50,006 nt of DNA from an uncultured Candidatus Saccharibacteria bacterium (GCA_964454285.1 CAYVSW010000001.1:1-50006), one strand, 5' to 3'; numbered from the stretch's first letter, positions 32,779 through 41,975 are shown. The notes: generated by a model from the sequence alone, not told the origin. Made by a program: numbers and translations.

Positions 32779-32788
32779 AAATATTTTT

Positions 32789-34030
32789 ATGAAAAACCTA
32801 AATACGTTTGATGTAATAGTGATCGGTGGTGGGGCATCAGGGATGATGGCTGCAGGCAGAGCGGGTGCACTCGGAAAGAAAGTACTCGTGATAGAAAAGA
32901 ATTCAAAGCTCGGCGAGAAACTCAAAATCTCTGGCGGGGGTAGATGCAATATCACCAATGCAGAAGAAGATATACACACACTCCTCAAAAATTATGGCAA
33001 GGCTGCACCATTTCTATATTCGCCATTTTCGCAATTTTCAAATATTGATAGTTTTGATTTTTTTGAAAACCTCGGCTTGCCGCTTGTCGTACAAGCTCGC
33101 AAGCGAGCATTCCCACACACTGAAAAAGCGAGTGATGTATTTCAGGCACTTATGAAATACATGCAGGCGGGGAAGGTAGCAATCCTTGCTGGGACAAAGG
33201 TATCTCGTGTGCTCCGTGACGGTGGGCGTATTACAGGCGTTGTTGCAGGTGGGGAGACCTACACTGCTACGAGCTACATACTCGCAACTGGCGGCCTCTC
33301 GCACCCAGAGACGGGCTCTACTGGAGACGGATTTAATTGGCTCAAAGACCTCGGCCATACTATCGCGACACCGACCCCGACCATAGTGCCACTCGCGACA
33401 AAAGAAGCTTGGGGGCACAAGCTCTCTGGTACATCGCTTTCATTTATGAAGATCACATTTTTTGTCGATGGCAAAAAAGCATTTGCAAAAACTGGTAAAA
33501 TTCTCTTTACGCACTTTGGGCTTTCGAGCCCGCTTATTTTAAATAGTGCAGCCCAGGTGGGGGACTTGCTCCACACCGGCCTTGTGACTGCGCGCATAGA
33601 TGCTTTTCCAGATACCGACCATGGCGCGCTCGAACAAAAGATAATCAACATTTTTGATGCAAATAAAAACAAGATGATTAAAAATGTGATAGACGATATA
33701 GTGCCGCACGGTATGTCTGGTGTGATATTTGATATTGTAAAAATAAATCCAGATACAAAAGTCCACTCTGTGACAAAAGAAGAGCGCAAAGAACTCGTAG
33801 AAAAATTGAAAGCGCTCCCGCTCACTATCACTGGGCTTCTCGGCTTTGACAAAGCAGTCGTCGCAGATGGGGGGATACCGCTCACCGAGATAGATACAAA
33901 GACCTGCAGATCAAAGATGGTAGAAAATCTTTTTATTACCGGAGACTTGCTCCATATCAATCGCCCAAGTGGAGGGTTTTCACTCCAGCTCTGCTGGACG
34001 ACCGGCTGGATATCGGGGAGTAATGCATAA
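32789..34030 (+). CDS. FAD-dependent oxidoreductase, HI0933/YhiN (BaiN-like) family
   Basis: DVIVIGGGASGMMAAG dinucleotide fold and KISGGGRCNITN, the family signature. Confidence 0.85.
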   Translation: MKNLNTFDVIVIGGGASGMMAAGRAGALGKKVLVIEKNSKLGEKLKISGGGRCNITNAEEDIHTLLKNYGKAAPFLYSPFSQFSNIDSFDFFENLGLPLVVQARKRAFPHTEKASDVFQALMKYMQAGKVAILAGTKVSRVLRDGGRITGVVAGGETYTATSYILATGGLSHPETGSTGDGFNWLKDLGHTIATPTPTIVPLATKEAWGHKLSGTSLSFMKITFFVDGKKAFAKTGKILFTHFGLSSPLILNSAAQVGDLLHTGLVTARIDAFPDTDHGALEQKIINIFDANKNKMIKNVIDDIVPHGMSGVIFDIVKINPDTKVHSVTKEERKELVEKLKALPLTITGLLGFDKAVVADGGIPLTEIDTKTCRSKMVENLFITGDLLHINRPSGGFSLQLCWTTGWISGSNA

Positions 34031-34034
34031 AAAT

Positions 34035-34066
34035 AAAAACACTCAGTATTGCTACGGAGTGTTTTT
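34035..34066. terminator. Bidirectional terminator between convergent genes
   Basis: aaaaacactc-12 nt-gagtgttttt. Confidence 0.65.
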
Positions 34067-34085
34067 ATAAAAGAGTTAGTGTGTA

Positions 34086-34286
34086 TTACGCACGCTGTAC
34101 GTTTACTGCACTTGGTCCTTTTGGACTGTCTTCTGTATCGAAAGATACAGCGTCACCTTCGCGGAGGTCGTTAAAATTAACGCCTACGAGAGAATTCATG
34201 TGGAAGAAAAGATCCTTGCTCATGCCCTCTGCAGAGATAAAGCCGTATCCTTTTTCGCCATTGATTTTTTTGATTGATCCTGTCAT
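34086..34286 (-). CDS. cspA: Cold-shock protein (CspA family)
   Basis: GSIKKINGEKGYGFIS (RNP1-like) and DLFFH (RNP2). Length 66 aa. Confidence 0.92.
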   Translation of the reverse strand: MTGSIKKINGEKGYGFISAEGMSKDLFFHMNSLVGVNFNDLREGDAVSFDTEDSPKGPSAVNVQRA

Positions 34287-34421
34287 ATGTTTTAGATATT
34301 TACTTATAATTACAAACCGCTATATAAGAAATCGACATATTCCAGATAAACCTTTGTGTACTATTATAATATCATACTTTCAGTAAAAAATCAATATATT
34401 GGAAAATGATATACTTCGCTC

Positions 34422-34661
34422 ATGTATTATGTCTATATACTCGAATGCGCAGACAATACGCTCTATATAGGGTCTACCAACGATCTCGTGAAGCGTCTAC
34501 ACAGCCACAACAATCTCAAATCGGGCGCACACTACACAAAGATACGCCGGCCAGTGGTGCTCAAATACTCGGAAAGCTTTGAAACATACGCACAGGTGCG
34601 CGCGAGAGAAGGGGAGCTCAAGCGGCTGACTAGGCAAGAGAAAATGAAATTGATAGGATAA
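34422..34661 (+). CDS. GIY-YIG nuclease-domain protein (UPF0213/YhbQ-like)
   Basis: YYVYILEC...LYIGSTNDLVKRLHSHN...R..E.K. Confidence 0.85.
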   Translation: MYYVYILECADNTLYIGSTNDLVKRLHSHNNLKSGAHYTKIRRPVVLKYSESFETYAQVRAREGELKRLTRQEKMKLIG

Positions 34662-34754
34662 GGCTTGCTTTTTTGTAATAAATATTGTACTATGTCAATA
34701 TAGTAATAAGACCTAGCGCTGGGCGCTACGTATAAAAAATAAAACAAATAATAT

Positions 34755-35369
34755 ATGGGTAAATTCGATAGAGGAGGAGATAGAGGGGGATTTGGCGGTG
34801 GACGCGGAGGGTTTTCAAAACCTCGTGGTTTTGAGCGTGGTGGCGATATGCCCACATACAAAGCAACTTGTGCAGAATGTAGTAAATCATGTGATGTACC
34901 GTTTCGCCCAACTAGTGGCAAGCCAGTGTACTGTAACGACTGTTTCGGTGCAAAGAGAGATATGGAAGACCGTGCTCCAAGAAAGGAATTCGGTAATCGT
35001 GCGTTTGGCAAGCCTGAGTTCAATCGTAACGACCGTCCTTCATTTGATCGCGGAGGTCGCGATGAATTCAAGGGGCGCTCTGAATTCCCAGCTCGCGCTG
35101 CAGTAGCACCGGCTATGAATACAGAAAAGCTCGAAAAGCAGATGGCAGATATCTCTTTCAAACTCGAAAAGCTTACAGAAGCTATCATGAAGATGAGTGC
35201 ACCTAAAGCGGAAGTAGCTGCTCCAAAAGTAGCTCCAGTAGTAGAAAAGAAGGTAGAAGCAAAAGCTGCAAAGCCAACTGCTAAAGCAGTAGTAAAAACA
35301 CCAGCAAAGGCAGTTGCTAAGAAAGCAGCTCCAGCCCCTAAGAAAGTAGTAGCAAAGAAAAAGAAATAA
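34755..35369 (+). CDS. CxxC-x17-CxxC zinc-ribbon protein with an RGG-rich N-terminus and a Lys/Ala/Pro-rich histone-H1-like tail
   Basis: CAEC-17 aa-CNDC counted directly. N-terminus GGDRGGFGGGRGGF; C-terminus AKAAKPTAKAVVKTPAKAVAKKAAPAPKKVVAKKKK. Confidence 0.8.
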   Translation: MGKFDRGGDRGGFGGGRGGFSKPRGFERGGDMPTYKATCAECSKSCDVPFRPTSGKPVYCNDCFGAKRDMEDRAPRKEFGNRAFGKPEFNRNDRPSFDRGGRDEFKGRSEFPARAAVAPAMNTEKLEKQMADISFKLEKLTEAIMKMSAPKAEVAAPKVAPVVEKKVEAKAAKPTAKAVVKTPAKAVAKKAAPAPKKVVAKKKK

Positions 35370-35381
35370 TTTTCTTTTAAT

Positions 35382-35412
35382 AAAAATCCCCACGTCTAGT
35401 GTGGGGATTTTT
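35382..35412 (+). terminator. Rho-independent terminator (12-bp stem)
   Basis: aaaaatccccac-gtctagt-gtggggattttt. Confidence 0.75.
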
Positions 35413-35415
35413 ATA

Positions 35416-35443
35416 TTGAAAAAATGCTATGTTCTGTTATACT
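35416..35443 (+). promoter_or_regulatory. Sigma70-like promoter (TTGAAA-16-TGtTATACT)
   Basis: ttgaaa at 35416-35421, tatact at 35438-35443, 14 nt before ATG 35458. Confidence 0.5.
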
Positions 35444-35457
35444 AGCCAATACAAATT

Positions 35458-36375
35458 ATGAAAAACACTATACTTCTATACTACAAATACACACCGGTCG
35501 CAGACCCACAAAAGCTTCGAGACGAGCAATATGCATTCTGCAAAGAACATGGCCTCAAAGGGCGTATTATCGTCGCACACGAGGGTATAAATGGCACACT
35601 AGAAGGCTCAGTTGAGGCATGTGACGCATATCGTGCGTATATGGTATCCCAGCCACATTTTGCAGATATACACTGGAAAATAAGTGATGGTACGCCCGAC
35701 CAGAGTGCATTCCCACGACTTTCTGTAAAAGTGCGCCCTGAGATAGTGTCGCTCCACTTGGGAGAAAATGATTTTGATCCAAATGACACCACTGGAGTGC
35801 ATCTCAAGCCCGAGGAGCTCCGCAAGTGGTACGAGGAAGGCAAAGAATTCCACATCGTAGATATGCGCAACGACTATGAGCTCGAAGTAGGAAAATTCAA
35901 AGATACTATTTTCCCTGGGATGAGTAATTTCCGAGACCTCCGCAAAGATATACAAAAGATAAAAGATCTCAAAGATAAGCCAGTGCTCACGGTATGTACT
36001 GGTGGGGTACGCTGCGAAAAAGCATCAGGCTTTCTCGTAAAAGAAGGATTCAAAGATGTGTACCAGCTCGATGGTGGGATTGTCAGCTATATGGAGAAGT
36101 ACCCGGGGCTTGACTTTGAAGGTTCGCTCTATGTTTTTGATACACGCAAGACGGTGCATTTTGAAAAGCCAGAAGCGCACAAGGTGATATCGAAATGTCG
36201 CAAGTGTGGCGTATCTACAGAGAGCTATGTAAACTGCGCAAACTTTTTTTGCAACAACCATTTTGTTTGTTGTGAGGCGTGTACTGTAAAAACAAAAATA
36301 GGGAAGAATGGTACAAAATTTGCATACTGCGGCGCATTCTGCAAAATTAAAGACAAGCTTCATATAAAAGCGTAA
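35458..36375 (+). CDS. trhO: Rhodanese-related UPF0176 protein / tRNA U34 hydroxylase TrhO (YceA family)
   Basis: N-terminus ILLYYKY...GRIIVAHEGINGTLEG, rhodanese loop CTGGVRCEKASGFL, C-terminal Cys cluster. Confidence 0.85.
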   Translation: MKNTILLYYKYTPVADPQKLRDEQYAFCKEHGLKGRIIVAHEGINGTLEGSVEACDAYRAYMVSQPHFADIHWKISDGTPDQSAFPRLSVKVRPEIVSLHLGENDFDPNDTTGVHLKPEELRKWYEEGKEFHIVDMRNDYELEVGKFKDTIFPGMSNFRDLRKDIQKIKDLKDKPVLTVCTGGVRCEKASGFLVKEGFKDVYQLDGGIVSYMEKYPGLDFEGSLYVFDTRKTVHFEKPEAHKVISKCRKCGVSTESYVNCANFFCNNHFVCCEACTVKTKIGKNGTKFAYCGAFCKIKDKLHIKA

Positions 36376-36420
36376 TAACAACAAAAAATCTCCACTGTTT
36401 GTGGAGATTTTTTGTTGTTA
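36376..36420. terminator. Bidirectional terminator, perfect 20-bp stem
   Basis: taacaacaaaaaatctccac-tgttt-gtggagattttttgttgtta. Confidence 0.8.
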
Positions 36421-36648
36421 TAGTTTTTTAATAGAGATAGTGTGCTTGCCCCAATGGACTCTGTTCCAGATGCGCTCGTGCCCGAAGTATAATATGAGGC
36501 TGAGTGTGTTTGAAAGTAATACAAAAAAAGCTGTTTTTTCTATACTTTTAGTAATGTAAAATGCAATAAAACTATCCATAATAATACTCAAAAGACGATA
36601 TGTGATAGCTTTTGCAATAGAGCGAGTGCGCTTTTCGTGATGTGTCAT
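36418..36648 (-). CDS. DUF2061-family small membrane protein
   Basis: RSIAKAITYRLLS...YFGHERIWN pattern with 2 TM helices. Confidence 0.7.
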   Translation of the reverse strand: MTHHEKRTRSIAKAITYRLLSIIMDSFIAFYITKSIEKTAFFVLLSNTLSLILYFGHERIWNRVHWGKHTISIKKL

Positions 36649-36657
36649 AGGTGTGTA

Positions 36658-37245
36658 TTATATCTTATTTTTCTTATATTTACCGCGGCCGTACTCAAGC
36701 ATGACTAGTACAAAAGAAAGTATAATCACTGTCAAAAGTATTTTGGGGACAAGGAGCTCCAGTCCTGGAAAAAGCGTCCCTGCAAAATATCCAAATGCTG
36801 TGACAGCACTCACCCACAAAAAGCTCCCTAGTATATTGCTTCGATGAAAAACTTTTGCGCTCATTCCGCTTGCTCCAGCAACTACTGGTGCTATAGTGCG
36901 TACAACAGGTATAAAACGATTTAATAGTACTGCATAGCTTCCAAATTTTGCAAAAAATTTTTTGGTCTTGTGTATCTGTGCATCAGTAAAAAATACAGTG
37001 TGCAATTTTCTATGCGCAAAATGTCGCCCGATATAAAACCCAATCACCGCACCGAGTATACTCGAAAGAGACCCATAGAGTATAAGCTCTATAAAAGAAA
37101 ATTTTGCTTGGGATGCATAAATGCCGGCGCCAAGCAGTAATGTATCACCAGGAAGGAAAAATAAAAATACGCCAGATTCAAAGAAAAGTGTTATAGAGAT
37201 ACCAAGATACCCAAAGCCAAGGAGTGTTTCTGTAATGTGGTGCAT
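36658..37245 (-). CDS. DedA-family membrane protein
   Basis: FFESGVFLFFLPGDTLLLGAG and NRFIPVVRTIAPVVAG motifs. Confidence 0.85.
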   Translation of the reverse strand: MHHITETLLGFGYLGISITLFFESGVFLFFLPGDTLLLGAGIYASQAKFSFIELILYGSLSSILGAVIGFYIGRHFAHRKLHTVFFTDAQIHKTKKFFAKFGSYAVLLNRFIPVVRTIAPVVAGASGMSAKVFHRSNILGSFLWVSAVTAFGYFAGTLFPGLELLVPKILLTVIILSFVLVMLEYGRGKYKKNKI

Positions 37246-37280
37246 GTAGACAATATACTATAGTAATGAGAAATTAAAAA

Positions 37281-37306
37281 ACATCCGCCAGCTACGATGC
37301 GGATGT
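37281..37306 (-). terminator. Terminator hairpin downstream of 37364-37696
   Basis: acatccgc-10 nt-gcggatgt, flanked by an A run and a T run. Confidence 0.55.
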
Positions 37307-37363
37307 CTTTTATATATAAAGTATACTACAAAGTATTTTGTGTATACAAGAGCCTGTTGTGGA

Positions 37364-37696
37364 TTAATTTTTTGGTTCAGGCTTTGTAGTAGTACTTGAT
37401 GCTGCCGGTGTTTCAGTGGCTGGCGTAGTAGTGTCAGATGTAGGGAGCATCATGCGGTCATTTTGTATGTTGTGGTGGTACATCATTTGCTGGCGTGGTA
37501 TAAGTCCAGCATCAGACATTAGTATTGCTTTGATCATACCTACTTGGTGTCCAAAAGAGTACGCAGCACAAATTGCTACCACTATGATTAATACACGAAG
37601 TAGTTTGTGTAATGTACATCCTGCACACCATTTACTACATGATGAGCCCTCTGTTATGTTGCATGTCGTACATACACCCGGTTTGCTTTTTTCCAT
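37364..37696 (-). CDS. Hypothetical membrane-anchored protein with a Cys-rich N-terminus and a Thr/Pro-rich tail
   Basis: CTTCNITEGSSCSKWCAGC, one TM helix, and a TTTPATETPAASSTTTKPEP tail. Confidence 0.5.
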   Translation of the reverse strand: MEKSKPGVCTTCNITEGSSCSKWCAGCTLHKLLRVLIIVVAICAAYSFGHQVGMIKAILMSDAGLIPRQQMMYHHNIQNDRMMLPTSDTTTPATETPAASSTTTKPEPKN

Positions 37697-37720
37697 AATA
37701 TTGTATTTTGTATATTAAAT

Positions 37721-37729
37721 TGCTATATA
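37721..37729 (+). promoter_or_regulatory. Extended -10 element TGCTATATA
   Basis: Ends 11 nt before ATG 37741. Confidence 0.4.
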
Positions 37730-37740
37730 TACAGTATATC

Positions 37741-38568
37741 ATGAAAGATACTAGTCTAAACAAAAAAGATATACAAACATACGCAAAAGCACTGCTTGAT
37801 TTTAAAAAGCAGTATGGCTTGCGCGACTTACCATGGCGAAATACAAAAAATCCATATCATATTTTGGTTTCAGAGATAATGCTCCAGCAGACACAAGTGC
37901 CACGCGTGATAGAAAAGTACAAAATATTTTTAAAAAATTTTCCTACAGTAGTAGACCTCGCGCGAGCGCCGCTTCGCGACGTGCTCGCGCTTTGGAGTGG
38001 TCTCGGCTACAATCGGCGCGCAAAGTTTTTGCAGCAATGCGCGATATCTATCGCAAATGAGTATGGTGGCAAATTTCCAAAGACTATCGAAATGCTAGAA
38101 AAGCTCCCTGGGGTCGGCCCATACACTGCGCGTGCAGTAGCTGCATTTGCATACAATACACCGAGTGTACTTTTTGAGACCAATATTCGCACGGTATTTA
38201 TCCATCACTTTTTTACAAATCAAAAAGAAAAAATTGCCGACGCAGTACTTGCGCCATACGTGGAGGCCTGTATGGATAGAGAAAATCCGCGTGAGTGGTA
38301 CTGGCTGCTCATGGACTATGGCTCGTATCTCAAAAGTATAGGGATAAAGACGCATACAAAGAGTACGATGTTTACTAGGCAGACAAAGTTTGCTGGGTCA
38401 TTTCGCCAGATACGTGGTGGCATATTGAAATTGCTCATAGAAAAGCCTTATACAGAAGCTATGCTTACAAAAGCATTGGGTCGCGAAAAAGAAGATGTAT
38501 CTCGTGCGCTCAGCGAGCTTATCTCAGAAAAATTGATACAGAAAAAAGGTCGGCAATATATGCTCTAG
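37741..38568 (+). CDS. HhH-GPD DNA glycosylase, MutY/Nth-like core without the Fe-S cluster loop, with a winged-helix-like C-terminus
   Basis: LPWRNTKNPYHILVSEIMLQQTQV, GLGYNRRAKFL, HhH LPGVGPYTARAVAAFAYN. No C-x6-C-x2-C-x5-C. ATG 37741 is preferred to TTG 37708. Confidence 0.8.
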   Translation: MKDTSLNKKDIQTYAKALLDFKKQYGLRDLPWRNTKNPYHILVSEIMLQQTQVPRVIEKYKIFLKNFPTVVDLARAPLRDVLALWSGLGYNRRAKFLQQCAISIANEYGGKFPKTIEMLEKLPGVGPYTARAVAAFAYNTPSVLFETNIRTVFIHHFFTNQKEKIADAVLAPYVEACMDRENPREWYWLLMDYGSYLKSIGIKTHTKSTMFTRQTKFAGSFRQIRGGILKLLIEKPYTEAMLTKALGREKEDVSRALSELISEKLIQKKGRQYML

Positions 38569-39707
38569 TATTTTCGTAGTGATAGCGCATACAATGCAGT
38601 CAAGACTAGACCAGCAGTAAGCACACTAAAGAGTAGATGAAAGCCACCAAATACTAGTAGAAGCCCACCAAAAAATGGACCTACCAGGTATGCAAGTGGG
38701 ATAGTAGATTGGTATAGTCCTGCGAGGCCGACATCGTTTTCGTCTATATGGCGAAAGAAGTAGCTATCGGTAGTGACCTCTACAATACTCGCACCAATAC
38801 GACTGATAAAAAGTACGACAGCAAAATATACCCACGACGTATACAGTGGTGCAAGTACATATACAATAGCAAGCGCCATGAGTGCAAAACCAAAAACAAG
38901 CATGCCTTTTTCGTTGTGTGATTTATCGAGATATTTGCCGACAGGGAATTGAAATAGTACAAACGGAATAAGCATAACAGAGAATACAAGACCAATATGT
39001 TCCCAATTGAGCCCTATATGTAGTAGGTATGGAGCCATAAAGAGAGCTGAGATAGAAAAAAATATTTGAAGGATCCAGGTCAGTATAAGTATCTTGCGAA
39101 GCATTATTTTTTTGCGTAGGCTGCGAAGTGCCTCTAGTGTACTATGTGAGCGATGTATACGCTCTCTATTACTAAGTGTTTTTTTGTTTTTTAAGAGTAG
39201 AATGATAGAGAGTACAACAGGTACAAGTGCAAATATATATGGCGCCTTGATACCACCATAGGTGATGAGGGCTCCAGAGATACTTGGTGCTCCCACCCAT
39301 GCGAGGTTTGTGGCGGTGAGATATAGCCCGCGCAGTCTCCCCATAGATTTGCTATCTGCAAAATGCTCAATGAGTAGATTGAAATTGTACCAAACTACTG
39401 TGTTGAGTGAAAAATATACAACAAAGAACATAGCAGCTGCTATGTTCTTTGTATATGCGATAGATGCAAGAAGCACCGTAGAGAGTACTAGAATACCAAT
39501 AAGTATTTTGTACGGTCCCCATACTTTTTCAAATTTTGGCAATCCGATAAGTATGAGAAGAGAGATACCACTCGACACAGTAAAATATACTCCAATTTTT
39601 TCAGGGTGTACCAATGCTCCCAGCATACTCGAGTGTACAAAAGCGAGCAGTGCAGCATGAAAAGAAAAAAGTATTGATGCGAGAAAAAGTGTACGTAGTG
39701 GTCTCAT
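38565..39707 (-). CDS. MFS-type transporter
   Basis: About 12 predicted TM helices over 380 aa, with a loop after TM6. Assigned from topology only. Confidence 0.65.
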   Translation of the reverse strand: MRPLRTLFLASILFSFHAALLAFVHSSMLGALVHPEKIGVYFTVSSGISLLILIGLPKFEKVWGPYKILIGILVLSTVLLASIAYTKNIAAAMFFVVYFSLNTVVWYNFNLLIEHFADSKSMGRLRGLYLTATNLAWVGAPSISGALITYGGIKAPYIFALVPVVLSIILLLKNKKTLSNRERIHRSHSTLEALRSLRKKIMLRKILILTWILQIFFSISALFMAPYLLHIGLNWEHIGLVFSVMLIPFVLFQFPVGKYLDKSHNEKGMLVFGFALMALAIVYVLAPLYTSWVYFAVVLFISRIGASIVEVTTDSYFFRHIDENDVGLAGLYQSTIPLAYLVGPFFGGLLLVFGGFHLLFSVLTAGLVLTALYALSLRKY

Positions 39708-39715
39708 GACCAGTA

Positions 39716-41605
39716 TTATACCGTAAGGATCACAGGGATTACTAGTGGGCGCTTTGCAGTCTTTTGGAGGAGGTATTTTGAAACCCCATCTGCAACATCA
39801 TTTTTGAGGCGATCGATATCTACCATTTCATTGGTCTGGAATGCAATCTCTACAGTCTTTTTGATGTATAGACGTGTCTGGCGAAGGAGGTCTTGGTTTT
39901 CCTTGAGATATACGAATCCACGAGAAATGATGTCTGGAGACTTGCGGAGGAGGCCAGTCTTTTGGTCGACTGTTGCAATCACCACGAACATACCATCCTC
40001 TGAGAGGAGCTGGCGGTCGCGGATGACTACATTTTGCTCGTCACCTACTGAGAAGCCGTCTACAATCATCGGGCTCGATGGAGCCTTTTCTTTGCGGACA
40101 TTGATCTTTGTACCTTCATTGGTGATTTCAATAATAGAGCCATTGTCTGGTACTACGATATTTTCTTCGGGCATACCGAGCTCCATAGCAAGCTCTTTGT
40201 GAAGCTCGAGGTGGTAGTGGTGACCGTGGATTGGGATAAAGAATTTTGCATGCATCTTGCGGTGAAGCCATTTGATGTCTTCTTTGTTGCCGTGACCTGT
40301 CGCGTGAACAAATTCTTCACCTGGGGTACGGAATGAAATAATCTTCACACCTTGGCGAGAGAGACCGTCTTTCATAGACTGCACTGCACGCTCATTTCCT
40401 GGGACGATAGATGATGAAAGGATGATGCGATCACCTTTGCGAAGTGCAAGTTTTTTTACACTCTTGTTTGCGAGGCGATTGAGGTATCCAAATTCTTCTC
40501 CTTGTGCACCAGTCACGAGGATGAGGATGCGGTTTGGTGGGAAGCTATCTATCTGATCGATAGAGATGATACTATCCTTTTTTGGTTTGAGGAGTCCTGC
40601 CTGGATAGCGATATCGAGGTTGGTCTTCATAGAGCGGCCTTCGATGACGATCTTTTTGCCGAGCTCTTCTGCGATCTCTACCACCTTGATAAGGCGAGAA
40701 ATACTAGATGCAAATGCCGCCATAAAGATACGGCTACCTGTCTCACGACGCAAGATATTCTCAATACCTTGGTGCACCTTCACCTCAGCGAGTGAAAAGC
40801 CTTCATTCTCGATGTTTGTAGAGTCTGTCATGAGGAGGAGGTTGTTTGCAGTGTCGAATTGTGCGTACTCCTTTTCTTCATCAGGCTGTACAACACCGTC
40901 TATCTGGTCGAGCTTGTAGTCTCCAGGAGTTACGATATTGCCGTATGGTGTCTCGATGATGAGCCCCATAGAGTCTGGGATAGTGTGTGTCACACCCCAA
41001 AAACGCACCTTGACATTACCGAGAGTAATAGTCTGGTCCTTTTCTACAATGTTTGTATTCATTGCAGGCAAGTGTGGGAATTCGCTCTGGCGCTTTTTCA
41101 TGAGGAGCACAGAGAGGTTGCGAGAATACACTGGTGGATTGCCGATACGAGAGAGCACAAGTGGTACACCACCGATGTGGTCTAGGTGGCCGTGTGTTAC
41201 GACGAGGGCGCGGATTTTGTCTTTGCGCTCTTCGAGGTAGCGAGTGTTTGGGATCACGTAGTCGATACCAGGAGTGCTTTCATTTGAGAAAAACATACCT
41301 GCGTCGATAACGATGATATCGTCACCGATTTCGATTGCGGTCATATTTTTGCCGATCTCTTCTACGCCACCGAGTGGGATGATACGTATAACTCCCGGAA
41401 GAATATCTGGGATATGCGCAGTACGCTTTTCCTGAGGCATAGTTGCCTCCATAGGGTCGATAGGTGGATGCGCTGGGCGACGATTGAATTGTTTGCGATT
41501 ATTAAAAGGGCGACGCTTTGGGCCATTTGCAGATGCAAAAGGTTTTCGCGCTGGTCCTGCTGTAGGTGCTCCTGCTGTCGCTGGAGCTGTATTTTGTTGT
41601 TCCAT
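39716..41605 (-). CDS. rnj: Ribonuclease J (metallo-beta-lactamase/beta-CASP) with a basic N-terminal extension
   Basis: IIPLGGVEEIGKNMTAIE, VVTHGHLDHIGG (HxHxDH), beta-CASP and C-terminal domains. Length 629 aa. Confidence 0.92.
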   Translation of the reverse strand: MEQQNTAPATAGAPTAGPARKPFASANGPKRRPFNNRKQFNRRPAHPPIDPMEATMPQEKRTAHIPDILPGVIRIIPLGGVEEIGKNMTAIEIGDDIIVIDAGMFFSNESTPGIDYVIPNTRYLEERKDKIRALVVTHGHLDHIGGVPLVLSRIGNPPVYSRNLSVLLMKKRQSEFPHLPAMNTNIVEKDQTITLGNVKVRFWGVTHTIPDSMGLIIETPYGNIVTPGDYKLDQIDGVVQPDEEKEYAQFDTANNLLLMTDSTNIENEGFSLAEVKVHQGIENILRRETGSRIFMAAFASSISRLIKVVEIAEELGKKIVIEGRSMKTNLDIAIQAGLLKPKKDSIISIDQIDSFPPNRILILVTGAQGEEFGYLNRLANKSVKKLALRKGDRIILSSSIVPGNERAVQSMKDGLSRQGVKIISFRTPGEEFVHATGHGNKEDIKWLHRKMHAKFFIPIHGHHYHLELHKELAMELGMPEENIVVPDNGSIIEITNEGTKINVRKEKAPSSPMIVDGFSVGDEQNVVIRDRQLLSEDGMFVVIATVDQKTGLLRKSPDIISRGFVYLKENQDLLRQTRLYIKKTVEIAFQTNEMVDIDRLKNDVADGVSKYLLQKTAKRPLVIPVILTV

Positions 41606-41698
41606 ATAAATATAGGGTTTGATTGATTACATTGCCGTAAGGCAGCTAATAAATCGGTATAGAACAGAAACTATCTAAAAAGAGGGGAGTAAAGAGGA

Positions 41699-41920
41699 TT
41701 AGCCGCGGAGTGCGAGGACAATACCAATACTTGCACCAACAAAAACAAGCGCTACGATAATCGTAGTGAAAAATAGGAATTTTTCTGCGCCACGGCGGGT
41801 CTGCATAAATGAGCCTTCGCTCGATGAGCCTCCCATATCACCTTGTGTTCTCTGGAGTAATACCAAAGCAACGAGGGCAATTGCGCTTATTATTTGGATG
41901 ATAGATAGTGTGTGTGCCAT
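41699..41920 (-). CDS. secG: Preprotein translocase subunit SecG
   Basis: 73 aa with two TM helices separated by a Gly/Ser-rich loop (LLQRTQGDMGGSSSEGSF). Confidence 0.75.
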   Translation of the reverse strand: MAHTLSIIQIISAIALVALVLLQRTQGDMGGSSSEGSFMQTRRGAEKFLFFTTIIVALVFVGASIGIVLALRG

Positions 41921-41966
41921 AACGAAACGTATCTATTCTAGCATAAAGCCTAAAAAACTGCAATTA

Positions 41967-41975
41967 TGCTATACT
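41967..41975 (+). promoter_or_regulatory. Extended -10 element TGCTATACT
   Basis: Ends 6 nt before ATG 41982, so the predicted transcript is leaderless. Confidence 0.45.

Noticed and set aside
33274-35188. Minus-strand ORFs 33274-33960 (228 aa) and 34532-35188 (218 aa)
   Set aside because: They are antisense to the YhiN-family flavoprotein and to the GIY-YIG and CxxC-protein genes. Their composition is low-complexity S/P/R-rich.
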